Positions 1 to 11,358 of a DNA stretch of 56,213 nt are shown here, in pieces. The DNA comes from Octopus sinensis (lineage: Eukaryota), in NCBI RefSeq assembly GCF_006345805.1, contig NW_021833960.1, forward strand, positions 1-56,213, given 5' to 3'. The position numbers were made by a program, and so were the translations under genes. The stretch's first letter is position 1, and each line of letters opens with the position of its first letter. A model generated the notes under the pieces. It made no database searches and was not told where the DNA came from. It saw nothing but the letters and a program-made list of their open reading frames with translations.

Positions 1-215
1 CAGAAGCCATAGGAACAGGTTTGAAAATAAACCAAATCCCAAGATCGAAGTAGCAGAGGGTTGTAATTATGATAAAGCACAGACTTCGGGAAGATGCAAC
101 TTGTTGTTTAATCATGAACGGACATGAGACATCTGGAACAGCTCGTCTGTTGGAATGCGGAAGTATGATACATCTGGAGCGATAAATCTCTGTTTCGTGG
201 CTTATAATACCACTG
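1..215 (+). mobile_element. Highly decayed RTE-like LINE ORF fragment (region after the RT domain)
   Basis: Frameshifted translations EAIGTGLKIN / KIEVAEGCNY / YIWSDKSL resemble the RTE post-RT pattern (GLKIN..K, IEVVEDFNYLG, IWRDKSL). Recognised by eye only. Confidence 0.35.
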
Positions 216-565
216 ACTGGACATGCCCAACCACGGGCTAAACAACAGAAGTAACTGCAACAGTAACAATAACAACCAGCTAACTTACTAGCCAGCCAGC
301 CAGCCAGCCAGCCGGCCGGCCAGCCACTCGGTCAGTCACATGTCCAGTTCGCAGACACAACCAGTTCTATAGTTATCCACCCGGACCGTTGTTATATTTA
401 AACCGTTCTTTGGTGCAGCGGAATTATGCAGAACATTAGAGATGCAGTGCAATTATGCAAGATACGAGAGATGCAATGGAATGATGCAAATCTATAAATG
501 TAGAAATATGATGTAATCTATAAATAAACCAGACAGCAGAGTGTCACGTGATGATAGTAATACCA

Positions 566-657
566 CTATTACTACTACTACTACTACTACTACAACAACA
601 ACAACAACTACTACTACTACTACTACAACAACTACTACTACTACAACTACTACAACA

Positions 658-697
<40 letters not shown>

Positions 698-781
698 TAC
701 TACTACTACTACCTCTACTACCGCCACCTCTATCACCTCCACTAGCACCAGCAACACCACCACTACCACGACTACTACCAC

Positions 782-812
<31 letters not shown>
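566..812. repeat. Compound trinucleotide microsatellite (ACT)n/(ACA)n/(CCA)n/(GAT)n
   Basis: Directly visible; explains the poly-T/V/L ORFs at 492-908. Confidence 0.95.
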
Positions 813-1034
813 ATACTGCCGGTTCTGTTTTTTTTTCTCCATCGATTCTCGGATGTCATGATGTCTGCTACCATTATTCACGTCCCACCACAACAAACAA
901 ACAAACAAACAACGATTATTGATCTTCTGAGAATGATGCCGGCATCTCTTTCTTCCTGGAACTGAGATTTATTTATTCATTTATTTCATTTTATCTTCAT
1001 ATATGTACATATGTCTGCGCAAATATCTATAATC

Positions 1035-1083
<49 letters not shown>

Positions 1084-1187
1084 TGTATGTGTATGTATAT
1101 ATATATATATATGTGTGTGTGTGCTTGTAAATGTTGAATAATGAGTGCTCAACACCGCTTTGGTGGATATAAAATTCGCGAATAAAG

Positions 1188-1217
<30 letters not shown>

Positions 1218-1222
<5 letters not shown>

Positions 1223-2013
1223 GGCAGTTTGTCTGTCTGGTGGTCGTGTGTCTGTCAGGTTGTACCCTCACCCTGACCACGGCTTTCAACCGATTCTGAT
1301 GAAACTTGACACACACGTAGCCCAAGTCATAATTCAAAACTTAACGCAGCGAAAATTTTGAAAAGTTCCCCAGTTCTGAAAAAAATCGATAAATTTGACA
1401 TGGGTCGAGAATCTAAGCTTTTTATATGCAACACATTTTCTACGGACTGTCTAGGGGACGCAACTCGACCTTTTTAACTCTCGGAAACGTGGAGTAAGTA
1501 TCCCAAAATGTATAAAAATGTACAAAAACGGCAAAAAAAGCGGGGCAGCAATGGGAGTAACAACAACAAAAAAGTCAAAAAGTGACCAAACTGAACAAAC
1601 GAACGGAAAGGTTTTTTGATGCACACGACAAAAGCGGTTTATAATAAACCAAGAGTTTGCAAGTAGCGTCCGAGGACCCTTAGGGTACATCAAAAATTTA
1701 AGGTAAAACGTTTGGGGTGGTAGTTATAAAGAAAGTGTAAATAAAAAAATATTCGAATAACTTGCGGCTGCAGCAGCCGCTATTAGCAGAAGTGGCGGTG
1801 TTGGGGTTATGGGTAAAGTCTCGAATGTAATTTCTTCTGGTAGGAATGGTTGGGGTGAATTATCGATAGCTGTTTGATGTTATTTGAGAGTGAAGAGAAG
1901 ACGTTGCAACCTACACATGCGCTTCGTTCCTAGAGGGAAAGGACTAGATTGGGATTAGTCGTTGCCTACTAGGGGCTCTTACATACCCGGGCAACGCCGG
2001 GCTATGCTGCTAG
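1218..2013 (+). mobile_element. Non-autonomous Helitron (Lep1/HINE-like)
   Basis: 3' subterminal hairpin CCCGG-gcaacg-CCGGG (1986-2001), then CTAG (2010-2013) followed by T. The 5' part has (TGTC)n-like repeats and aaccgattctgatgaaacttg, as in Lep1-type elements. The 5' end is hidden in (TA)n. Confidence 0.7.
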
Positions 2014-2025
2014 TATAATATATAT

Positions 2026-2197
2026 AGGCGCGGAGTGGCGTGTGTGGTAAGTAACTTGCTTACCAACCACATGGTCCGGGTTCAGTCTCACTGTGTGACA
2101 CCTTGGACAATGTCTTCTATTATAGCCTCAGGCAGAGAAAAGCCCCCCGGTGAAGTGGATTTGAAGACGGAAACTGAAAGAAGCCCGTCGTATATTA

Positions 2198-2238
<41 letters not shown>

Positions 2239-2643
2239 TGTGTGTGTGTGTGTGTGTGAGAGTGTGTGTGTGTGTGTGTGTTGTGTGTGTGTGTGTGTGT
2301 GTGTGTATTTGTCTGTCTGTGTTTGTCCCCTCACCTTCGTTTGACATCTGATGTTGGTGTCTATACACCATATTCCTCGAATAATGGAACTGCAACTACA
2401 ATATCTTTATATAGCTTATATTTACTTTCATTCACTTATTTCTCTCTATATTCCTCATCTTTTCTACAATGATTCGAACTCAGATATTTTCTCACACTGT
2501 ACCTTAGTGGTTTGGCAAAAGAGATCGATAGAATAAGTACTAGGTTTACAAAGAATAAATCCAGGGGTTGATTTGTGCAACTAAATGCGGTGCTCCAGCA
2601 TTGCCGTAGTTAAATGACCGAAACACGTAAAAGAATTAAAGAA
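2026..2643 (+). mobile_element. SINE family A, full length (tRNA-derived head, internal TA/TG microsatellite)
   Basis: A-box-like tggcgtgtgtgg, B-box-like ggttcagtct, and the shared body and 3' tail (gcggtgctccagcat...gaaac..aaaaga) repeated many times in the window. Confidence 0.9.
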
Positions 2644-2891
2644 TATATACATATACATACATAATATATATATATATATATATATATACATAGACAACAC
2701 ACACACACACACACACACATGCACACACATATATAACGCAAAACATCGGAACAGTTAGGTGATACAAAAATGGGGGGAAAAAAACATCTAGTTCGACGAT
2801 ACAAAGAAAACAAGGAAGGGTCATTCGAAGTTTTCTTTCCTCAGTCAAGTACTAGATTATCTTCGCAATTTCGGCTGATTACATATATATA

Positions 2892-3200
2892 CGCTCACCA
2901 ATGGAGAAGTTCTTGAGCAGATCCGGCCGAAAATGTCGCTAGAAGCTAGGATCACCAAGCATAATGGCATATTTGGTCATGTTATTGAATGTTATGCGGA
3001 GAAAATCCCTGGAGAAGGACATCATGCTCGGAGTCAGTGGCACCAAGAGAGGAAGAGGCCGACCAAGAGAACTCGCTGGCATGACACCATCAAGAGTGAT
3101 ACCGGAATGGACAAGCCAATCTGAAAGAAGCGGCCCAGGATAGAACTGACTGGAAGACACTGATCCAACGAGTAACGAGAGTCGACTTCGACTGAGCGGA
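2892..3200 (+). mobile_element. RTE/BovB-like LINE 3'-terminal fragment
   Basis: Frameshifted translation TNGEVLEQIRPKMSLEARITK..YFGHV..SLEKDIMLG..GRGRPRTRWHDTIK..LKEAAQDRTDWKTLIQRVTRSRLRLSG matches the BovB/RTE C-terminal pattern; (TA)n on both sides. Confidence 0.85.
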
Positions 3201-3287
3201 TATATATATATATATATATATAATATATATATATATATATAATATATATATTATATATTAATATATATTCATAATTAATCAATATAG

Positions 3288-3322
3288 GGTGGCAAAAAAT
3301 TTCGCAGAAATTTTTTGCCACC
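3288..3322. other. Perfect 16-bp DNA hairpin with GCA triloop
   Basis: GGTGGCAAAAAATTTC-GCA-GAAATTTTTTGCCACC. Confidence 0.95.
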
Positions 3323-3701
3323 AGCGGCCTAGTGGGGAAAAAAATTAAATAGTCATAGACCATTTATAAATTCAACAGCAAAAAAAGGACCGGCCATAAT
3401 AGGCCATTCACCCACTAGAAATAACAGCCAAGGCTTCAACCGCAAAACCAACATTAATTCATAAACCAGGAGAAATTAAAAAAAAAAAATTTACCCTGTA
3501 ATTCTTTATACGATGCACCGTTTCTTCTATTGTTTAATGGTAAACTACCCTGATTAAATTAAATCAAGCTAGTCTTCCATAGGCCGATAGAATCGTCAGT
3601 AAAGAACAGCCGGATCGGAGCAGATATTTACACGAGGCACTTCTACTACTGTCTCGGCAATATCTGACCTAAAATTTTCAAATTATATATATATATATAT
3701 A

Positions 3702-4054
3702 TAAATAAAACATATGCATATATACATACATATATGTACGTACATACCTCTACATGTATATATACATGCATATATGGGTACAGGACACCAAAAAAAACGT
3801 CGAAAAAACTTCGAAACGTGGAGTAGATGAAATTAAGGCGACTGAAGAAGGGGAATTTTCCTTGTTTTGTATGTCCTGTACTCTATTTTTTCGTTGTTTA
3901 AAAAATTGTCCATTTCCTCGGTTTTGTGTTTATGTTTTCGTTTCTCATTGTCTTCGACGTTTTTTTGGTGTCCTGTACCCATATATGCATGTATATATAC
4001 ATATAGAGGTAGGGTACGTACATATATTATGTATATATGCATATGTTTTATTTA
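3702..4054. mobile_element. Fold-back repeat with about 100-bp inverted arms (gggtacaggac family, probably Penelope-derived)
   Basis: Arms 3702-3804 and 3953-4054 are near-perfect reverse complements. The interior has GAAACGT and CTGAAGA motifs. A related sequence lies at 40810-40985. Confidence 0.7.
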
Positions 4055-4111
4055 CTATTATATATGACTGAACGCACGCATCCATTTCTAAGTAAGATTG
4101 TTCTATATTAG

Positions 4112-4167
<56 letters not shown>

Positions 4168-4197
4168 ATATTATATATATATAGTATATATATATAT

Positions 4198-4337
4198 ACG
4201 ACGGGCTTCTTTCAGTTTCTGTCTACCAAATCCACTCACAAGGCTTTGGTCGGCCCGAGGCTATAGTAGAAGACACTTGCCCAAGGTGCCACGCAGTGTA
4301 GACTGTACCTGGAACCATGTGGTTGGTAAGCAAGCTA
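4198..4337 (-). mobile_element. SINE family A, 5' half
   Basis: Reverse complement of the family A head and body. Confidence 0.9.
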
Positions 4338-4424
4338 AAAAATAAATAGGAAAAATCAAAAACCAGAACTACAAGAAAAACAACAATATCAGCAGCTACA
4401 AGAATAACAAGAACAATATTATTA

Positions 4425-4625
4425 ACGATTTCAAATTTTGGCTCGGGGCCAGTGAGTTTGTGATGGGGGTAAATCGTGTTCAATTGGTACTTTTTTTTAT
4501 CGATCGCGGGAGGATGAAAGGCAAAGTCGACTCCGGCGGAATTTGAACTCAAACCGTTAGGATGGATGGAGTGCTGCTGAGCATTTTGCCCGGCGTGCTA
4601 ACGATTCTGCCAGTTCGCCGCCTTA
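4425..4625 (-). mobile_element. SINE family B (diverged)
   Basis: Reverse complement of aaggcggcgagctggcagaa...gagttcaaattccgcc...gtcgactttgcctttcatcc. Confidence 0.85.
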
Positions 4626-5000
4626 ACAAGCGACAGTAATAATAACAACAGCAACATGTGAAGAATTCGGACCCACCCTGTGGTGAGAGGAGAATTCGAT
4701 GGCTTGAAAATGTTCACTTCCTCCTGTAACAACCTACGTGTCTTTATTTCTTCCTCTGATTCTCTGTAAATGGCTATCGGTGCTGTGTTTCCTCTTTTGA
4801 CTAAGCCGCAACAACAACAACAACAACAACAACAAAAGCAATAACAGTAGCAGCAGCAGCAGCAATATCAACAACAACAACAACAACTACAACAGCAACA
4901 GCTTACGTCAGGATACATTGAAAAGAAAAGCGAAATCATTGTTTCATTGAATCTAAACTGTTTATGTTGGGGTGTGAAAATTGATGGAATGATATAGCTT

Positions 5001-5066
<66 letters not shown>

Positions 5067-5170
5067 ACATACACACACACTCACACATACGCACACACGC
5101 ACGCACGCAAGCACACACACACTCACACACAGACACACACACACACAGACACACAATCACACACACACAC

Positions 5171-5201
<31 letters not shown>

Positions 5202-5292
5202 TACAATCACACACACACACACACACACACACACCACACACACACTCACACATACGCACACACGCACGCACGCAAGCACGCACACCCACTCA
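5001..5292. repeat. (CA)n microsatellite with internal duplicated block
   Basis: Directly visible; the block cacatacgcacacacgcacgcacgcaagcac occurs twice. Confidence 0.95.
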
Positions 5293-5426
5293 CTTTATAA
5301 ACCATCTAAAAATCAACGCAGAAGGGAGATACGAAGGGTTTTAAGTTGGAAGAATTATACAGCAACAACAACAACAACGCCATCAACAACTTCGACCGTG
5401 TCGCCAACAACAACAACATCAATAAC

Positions 5427-5682
5427 AAATAGGTTGGGTTACTGCCGGACGATAGAATGACGGAAGGAGAAATGACCGAGATAATTTCCAAAGCGTACAA
5501 GAGAAGAATTAGGAAGAATTAGGAATCGAAACATAATTAAATGCAAGGAACACTATTAAAGCAATAAATAGGTGTACCATGCCATTAGGAAGATATTCGG
5601 CTCCCTTTCGAAAATGGGCAAAGTTCGAATTACAGAATTTGGATCGAAGTTCTAGGAAGCTGTTCACAATGCGCAAGGATAT
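5427..5682 (+). mobile_element. R4/Dong-like (RLE-class) LINE ORF fragment
   Basis: Translation ...YKRRIRK..LNARNTIKAINRCTMPLGRYSAPFRKWAKFELQNLDRSSRKLFTM matches the R4/Dong post-RT pattern (LNARNxIKAINxxAxPVxRYS...WxxxELxxLDRxxRKxxTM). Confidence 0.75.
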
Positions 5683-5744
5683 AAATAGCAAATACACACA
5701 CACACACACACACAAGCGCACACGTATGTGTGTTTGCCAAGTTG

Positions 5745-5912
5745 CAGACTGTGCTGTGTGGTTAGGAGCGTTGCATTCCGATCATGTGAATTTAGGGTTG
5801 GTTCCTCTGCTTGGTAACATATGCAAATTGTCTTCCACTGTACCCTCAGATTAACAAATACCTCATGAGTGAAGTTGGTAGATGGAGACTGTAAGGAAGC
5901 CTATGTGTGTAT
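5745..5912 (+). mobile_element. Old SINE related to family A
   Basis: gctgtgtggttagg..gggttggttcc..gcaaattgtcttccactgta..tgagtgaagttggtagatggagactgtaaggaagcc aligns by eye to the family A head. Confidence 0.65.
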
Positions 5913-5944
5913 ATCACCACCACCAATTATTATTATTATTATTA

Positions 5945-6498
5945 TTGAGTGAGAGAGCAGTGCATGCCATCAAAGTGACACTGGGGTAAAAATATATGCG
6001 AAGCCCAATATACCCATCATGACTACCCGTCTGATAAAGTACACCAGGCACATGCATCACAACATATGTTGCGCGACATGGTGATCTCATATCAAGATAA
6101 ACAGCACATGACCTTGCAGGTGGGGCCCAGTTAGAATTTTCTTTCAGGTTGAGTAGCCCATCCCGCTCAAAAGGTCCCTGAATAAGGGTTGTTAAGGATG
6201 TTGAAAGAACCACCCATGTTTTCCAGAGGTGAATTATTCAAACCCCAAAGAATCCCTCTCAACACATGGCTATGATGCTCCCCCACTACTTCTGCTCGTG
6301 ATCAGAGATGCACATATCGTCACCACTAAAGGACATGCTCAACTGGTTAAGGTCAAACAATGACAAGCAAATCTGTGGTATTGAGCAGAATATTTGCTGT
6401 AGCACATCTTTTATACCAAGACAAAACAATGTACATGATAACACTTCCAATCAGTTAAGATCAGAAGCCATGAGAGCCATGCGGTACTGCATCAGGGC

Positions 6499-6502
<4 letters not shown>
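5945..6502. repeat. Unclassified interspersed repeat (family F) flanked by (ATT)n
   Basis: About 6380-6480 recurs in reverse complement at 18322-18446. Confidence 0.6.
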
Positions 6503-6557
<55 letters not shown>

Positions 6558-6569
6558 TTAATGATTATT

Positions 6570-6974
6570 TTACTTTTTACTGTTTCATTTGACTGCGGCC
6601 ATGCTGGAGCACCGCCTTTAGTCGAGCAACTCGACCCTGGGACTTATTCTTTGTAAGCCCAGTACTTATTTTATCGGTCTCTTTTTGCCGAACCGCTAAG
6701 TGACGGGGGCATAAACACACCAGCATCGGTTGTCAAGCAATGCTAGGGAGACAAACACAGACACACAAACACACACACATACATATATATATATGTATAT
6801 ATACATATATACGACAGGCTTCTTTCAGTTTCCGCCTACGAAATTCACTCACAAGGCTTTGGTCGGCCCGAGGCTATAGTAGAAGACACTTGCCCAAGGT
6901 GCTACGCAGTGGGACTGAACCCGGAACCATGTGGTTGGTAAACAAGCTACTTACCTCACAGCCACTCCTGCGCC
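6570..6974 (-). mobile_element. SINE family A, full length
   Basis: Reverse complement of the whole family A consensus. Confidence 0.95.
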
Positions 6975-7013
6975 TATCATTATTATTACTATTATTACTA
7001 TTATTATTATATA

Positions 7014-7200
7014 TTCTACTTTTGGCACAAAGCCCGAAATTTTCGGGGAGGAGGAGGGGCAGTCGATTAGATCGAAACCAGTGCACAACTGGTACTAAAT
7101 TTAACGACCGTGAAAGAATGAAAGGCAAACTCGACCTTGGCGGAATTTGAACGACGAAGTATTTCGTCCAGTGTGCTTACGATTCTGCTAGCTCACCGCC

Positions 7201-7203
<3 letters not shown>
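7014..7203 (-). mobile_element. SINE family B followed by (AAT)n
   Basis: Reverse complement of the family B head and body. Confidence 0.85.
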
Positions 7204-7261
<58 letters not shown>

Positions 7262-7599
7262 TAATAATAATAATAATAATAAGTAAGGAAGTAAGTGAGT
7301 CCTGTTGCATCGTGAGAAAGAATTAGTCAAAGACTTTTAGACGAAAAGTAAGAACGTAGGAAATATAGGAATTAGAATAGTGTATATAATTCTATATTCT
7401 ATTTGACCTGTAGGAAATATGAACTAAATCTCTTTTAATTCACGAACTAATGTTTTAAAACAGAAAGAAAAAAGAAAAGAAAAAGCACAAAATCATTGAG
7501 TAATGTAGTTCTAGGTACAGTGTGCCTGAATAAACGATAAAACTGGATATCTTTGATCAATAAATGGAGAGGATCAAAACAAGGAGATCGTCTCAAAAC

Positions 7600-7832
7600 T
7601 ACGTCACTTGGTGCAACATTAAAGGTCAGCGGGTGTCCAGTAAAGTTAACCTTTGACCCCACAGCATCACCCCTCAGTGAAACTATGATGATTAATTTGT
7701 CTGTAATGGCAGGTGCTCTGCTAGCACGTGATCCGAAAAACGCCCTCTGGCGACGTCAATACCGTTCATGCTTCGAAGAAATAATGCGGCTTTTTAAAAG
7801 CAATTTCTTGCGAGCATCAGTCACCGGAAGTA
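7600..7832. promoter_or_regulatory. Putative promoter/enhancer motif cluster
   Basis: Non-repetitive, CpG-containing segment with ACGTCA (7601), AAAGGTCA (7621), AACCTTTGACCCC (7648), CACGTG (7725), CTCF-like CGCCCTCTGGCG (7741), GACGTCA (7752) and ETS ACCGGAAGT (7823). Confidence 0.35.
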
Positions 7833-8123
7833 TTGTCAATAATTCTATAGTTATTATAACTATTGTTGCTGCTGTTGTTAGCGGAATCGGATGAATCGGT
7901 GGCGGTGGTACACAGCGCCGTAGTTGTGTAGGTCAACAGCGATTATCAGTTCGTATCCCAATTGTTTGTGGTGGCCGAGTGGTTAAGCGGTTCCGCCTCT
8001 CAACCACGTATTTTTCAGTTCAGTCACTCCTTTGGGCACTTGAGATCAATTTGTCTTTTTAGCCTCAGAATGACCAACATCTTCTCAATGAAATTTTTTA
8101 GACACTTTGCGTGTGTGTGTGAA

Positions 8124-8345
8124 ATCACGTGGCTTAGTGCTATGGATGTCGAGCTCATTATAACAGGGTCGTGGGTTCGATTCCTGGAATGGCCGGCGCG
8201 TTGTGTCCTTGAGTGCTGTCTCTGTTTAGTCATCTGAAAAGAGACCTTCCATTCGATGTTGCGTTGGCTAAACGAAGGACGGTCAAGAACTTGTCCATGA
8301 CTGGTCAAAACAATTAGCAAAAGCATGTAACGGCTAAGGGAGAGT
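8124..8345 (+). mobile_element. Diverged tRNA-derived SINE (fourth family)
   Basis: A-box-like tggcttagtg, B-box ggttcgattcc, then gttgtgtccttgag, a core common in invertebrate SINEs. Another decayed head lies at about 7962-8060. Confidence 0.6.
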
Positions 8346-8535
8346 GTCTATATGTCGCGTGTGTATTCGTCGCAGATGCATATTGGCAAAAGAAGTAAAA
8401 ATCGACGTCCTTACGACATTTTTTCTGCACCGAGTTACACTTACTCCCTTGTCCATGCTTGATGTCACAAATGCAGTGAACCAGTGACTGATTCGCTGAA
8501 AACCTTTCATCAACGACGTTATTCTTCAGAACTCG

Positions 8536-8537
<2 letters not shown>

Positions 8538-8598
<61 letters not shown>

Positions 8599-8638
8599 AT
8601 CTATCTATCCATCCATCCATCTATCTATCTATCTATTT

Positions 8639-8700
<62 letters not shown>

Positions 8701-8772
8701 CATCTATCCATACAGCTATTTATCTATCTACACACACACACACACACACACCACACACACACACACACACAT
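8538..8772. repeat. (CT)n-(CTAT)n-(CA)n compound microsatellite
   Basis: Directly visible. Confidence 0.95.
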
Positions 8773-8866
8773 GCCTTCTACTATAGCCTCGGGCCGACCG
8801 AAGCCTTGTGAATGAATTTGGTAGACTGAAACTGAAAGAAGCTCGTCGTGTATATAATATATATAT

Positions 8867-8941
<75 letters not shown>

Positions 8942-9163
8942 TTATATAGTTATGTGTGTTTGTGTGTCAGTGTTTGTACCCCCTACATCGCTTGACAACC
9001 GATGCTGGTGTGTTTACCTCCCCGTAACTTAGCGGTTCGGCAAAAGACACTGATAGAATAAGTACAAGGCTTACAAAGAATAAGTCCTGGGGTCGAGTTG
9101 CTCGACTAAAATGCGGTGCTCCAGCATGGCCGCAGTCAAATGACTGTATCAAATAAAAGAATA
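8772..9163 (+). mobile_element. SINE family A, 5'-truncated
   Basis: Family A body and tail. Confidence 0.9.
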
Positions 9164-9191
9164 TATATACATATATGTAGAATGGTTGTAT

Positions 9192-9321
9192 ACTGTCAAC
9201 TTAACGTGACAGTCCTGCAAGGGAATTTCACCACCGCTGTTTAGCCCTAGGAAGCATCGACAAGGACACAGGAAATGTGTCAAGGCCGACAGGAAACGTC
9301 GATTCTTCCTAGGGCTAAACA
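9192..9321. other. Multi-hairpin cassette (mini-MITE-like)
   Basis: 24-bp inverted arms 9238-9261 / 9298-9321 (23/24 match), internal hairpin gacaca-ggaaa-tgtgtc, and an upstream 7-bp hairpin at 9192-9213. Confidence 0.7.
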
Positions 9322-9352
9322 TGTATATATATATGTATATATATATATATAT

Positions 9353-9383
<31 letters not shown>

Positions 9384-9549
9384 CATACATATATATATAT
9401 ATATATATACATACATACACACATACATACTACATACATACATACATATATACATACAGACAGACAGACACACACAAGTACACACACATATTTGTACGTA
9501 TATCAGCTATCTATTCATCCACCCATCCGTCCGTCCGTCCGTCTGTCTA

Positions 9550-9640
<91 letters not shown>

Positions 9641-9930
9641 CCCTGCATGTCTCTCTGTCCATCTCTGTCTGTCTGTGTGTCTGTGTGTCTATCTAACACA
9701 CATTATATAGGATTTTCCAGCTGTTCCCAATACAATAGCATTATTAGGGGTCATGTGAGTGCAAATTAGGGCAAGGTAGTCCTTACATGTATATACAAAT
9801 ATGCATGAATGTATGTATTTATGTATGTATGTATGTATGTATGTATGTATGTATGTATGTATGTATGTATGTATGTATGAATGTGTATGTATGTATGTAT
9901 GTATGTATGTGTGTATGTATGTATGTATGT
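9321..9930. repeat. (TA)n/(CATA)n/(CTAT)n/(TATG)n microsatellite block
   Basis: Directly visible. Confidence 0.9.
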
Positions 9931-10544
9931 AACTCTGTACCAAATGAATCCATTTAACCAGTTCACACCACTTGACGCTGACGAATGGATTTTACGAAAC
10001 AATGTGAAGGCGCCTGCGTAATTGGTCATTCTGATGGAAATAGCAGCCAAAACTCTTTTAAGTCATATCTAAGTTAAGAAAAAGAACTATCAGGGAATGT
10101 ATCCCTGGATACACTAATTAATGGACTGAACAGTCATGGATGGAACGCCTCTAATTCTAAGTTTCTCTCCCCGCTACTGCATCTGGTTTAACAATGGACA
10201 AACTATTATGGTCCAATGACTCAGAAAAATTTCTGAGGGACGCCTTCTGCAAGGAGAGTAAATATCGAAGTGCTGGAATATAATGTGGTAAACTGAAAAT
10301 AATATTTAATGCTTTGAAATTACAACCGTAATGGGAAGAAAATAATCAACTCTGAAATAAATAAAAAAACCCTTGAAATGTTGCTTTCCACCATCGGCAA
10401 AAGTGTTAGATTTTGGAAATGGTATCGCCAGTTATACCATTTTCGGTTGTTTACCGGTACTTTATTGTGCTGGAAGGGTGAAAGGCGGAATTTGAACCCG
10501 GAATGTAAAGAGGCGTAACTAAATACCAAAATCCAGAAATTATC

Positions 10545-10900
10545 TCAACAGGGAAAGTCAAAAGCTACGGTACCAAAGCACAAGCTAGAATAGCCAAACA
10601 TACTCCTGACTATAGACTCGTAACCCAGGACATGAGTCAAAGAAATACAAGAGTCACAATTTAGAAACATGGTGTAGACCCATGGTTTGTGGTGAGTTTT
10701 GAGAGTGGTCAAAGCAGGCTTAAGAAAAGGTGTCCAAGGGTCAGGGACGTCAACATAGACTTGCAAGATCGAATGATATCCGAATACCACAGAGCCATTC
10801 CAGAACTGTACCTCGACGTAAGATAGATGATACAAAAGTAGGAAGCCTAACTGGTACATCAAATATTAACTTAGAACTGAAAAACCTAAACAACTGGTCA
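10545..10900 (+). mobile_element. Possible decayed RLE-class LINE 3' end
   Basis: Weak motifs AKHTPDYRLV and IQK..SLTGTSNI resemble the R4/Dong endonuclease C-terminus; followed by a (CAT)n tail. Confidence 0.3.
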
Positions 10901-10939
10901 TTTATCATTATCATCATCATCATCAATCATCATCATTGA

Positions 10940-11147
10940 GTCGGCGAGCTGGCAGAATCGTTAGCACGCCGGGCGAAATGCTTAGCTGAATTTCGCCCGT
11001 CGCTCCGTTTTGGATTCAAATTCCACCGAAGTCGACTTTGCATTTCATCCTCTCGGAGTTGATAAATCAAGTACCAGTTGCGTACTGGGGTCGATGTAAT
11101 CGACTTGACCTCTTCCCCAAATTCCAGGCTTTTAGTAGAAAGAATTA
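10940..11147 (+). mobile_element. SINE family B
   Basis: Family B head, body and 3' hairpin gtcgat-gta-atcgac. Confidence 0.9.
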
Positions 11148-11310
11148 CTATTATTATTATTATTACTATTATCATTTAGATTATGTTAACAATATTGTGA
11201 TCTTCCGCAAACACGCCATACGCACACATGTACATATACACTACATACATACATACATACAATATATATATATATATAAATATATACCACACACACACAC
11301 CACACCCACA

Positions 11311-11357
<47 letters not shown>

Positions 11358-11358
11358 A

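Noticed and set aside
1-3200. The two RTE fragments (1-215 and 2892-3200) as one interrupted element
   Set aside because: They are collinear, but differ strongly in decay, and the intervening coding segment is not found.
3790-3860. Type II (permuted) hammerhead in the gggtacaggac family (also 40930-40980)
   Set aside because: The cleavage triplet would be GUG or absent and stem I does not pair convincingly; kept only as a possible remnant.
4660-4810. Minus-strand open frame GLVKRGNTAPIAIYRESEEEIKTRRLL...
   Set aside because: No recognisable homology or splice signals.
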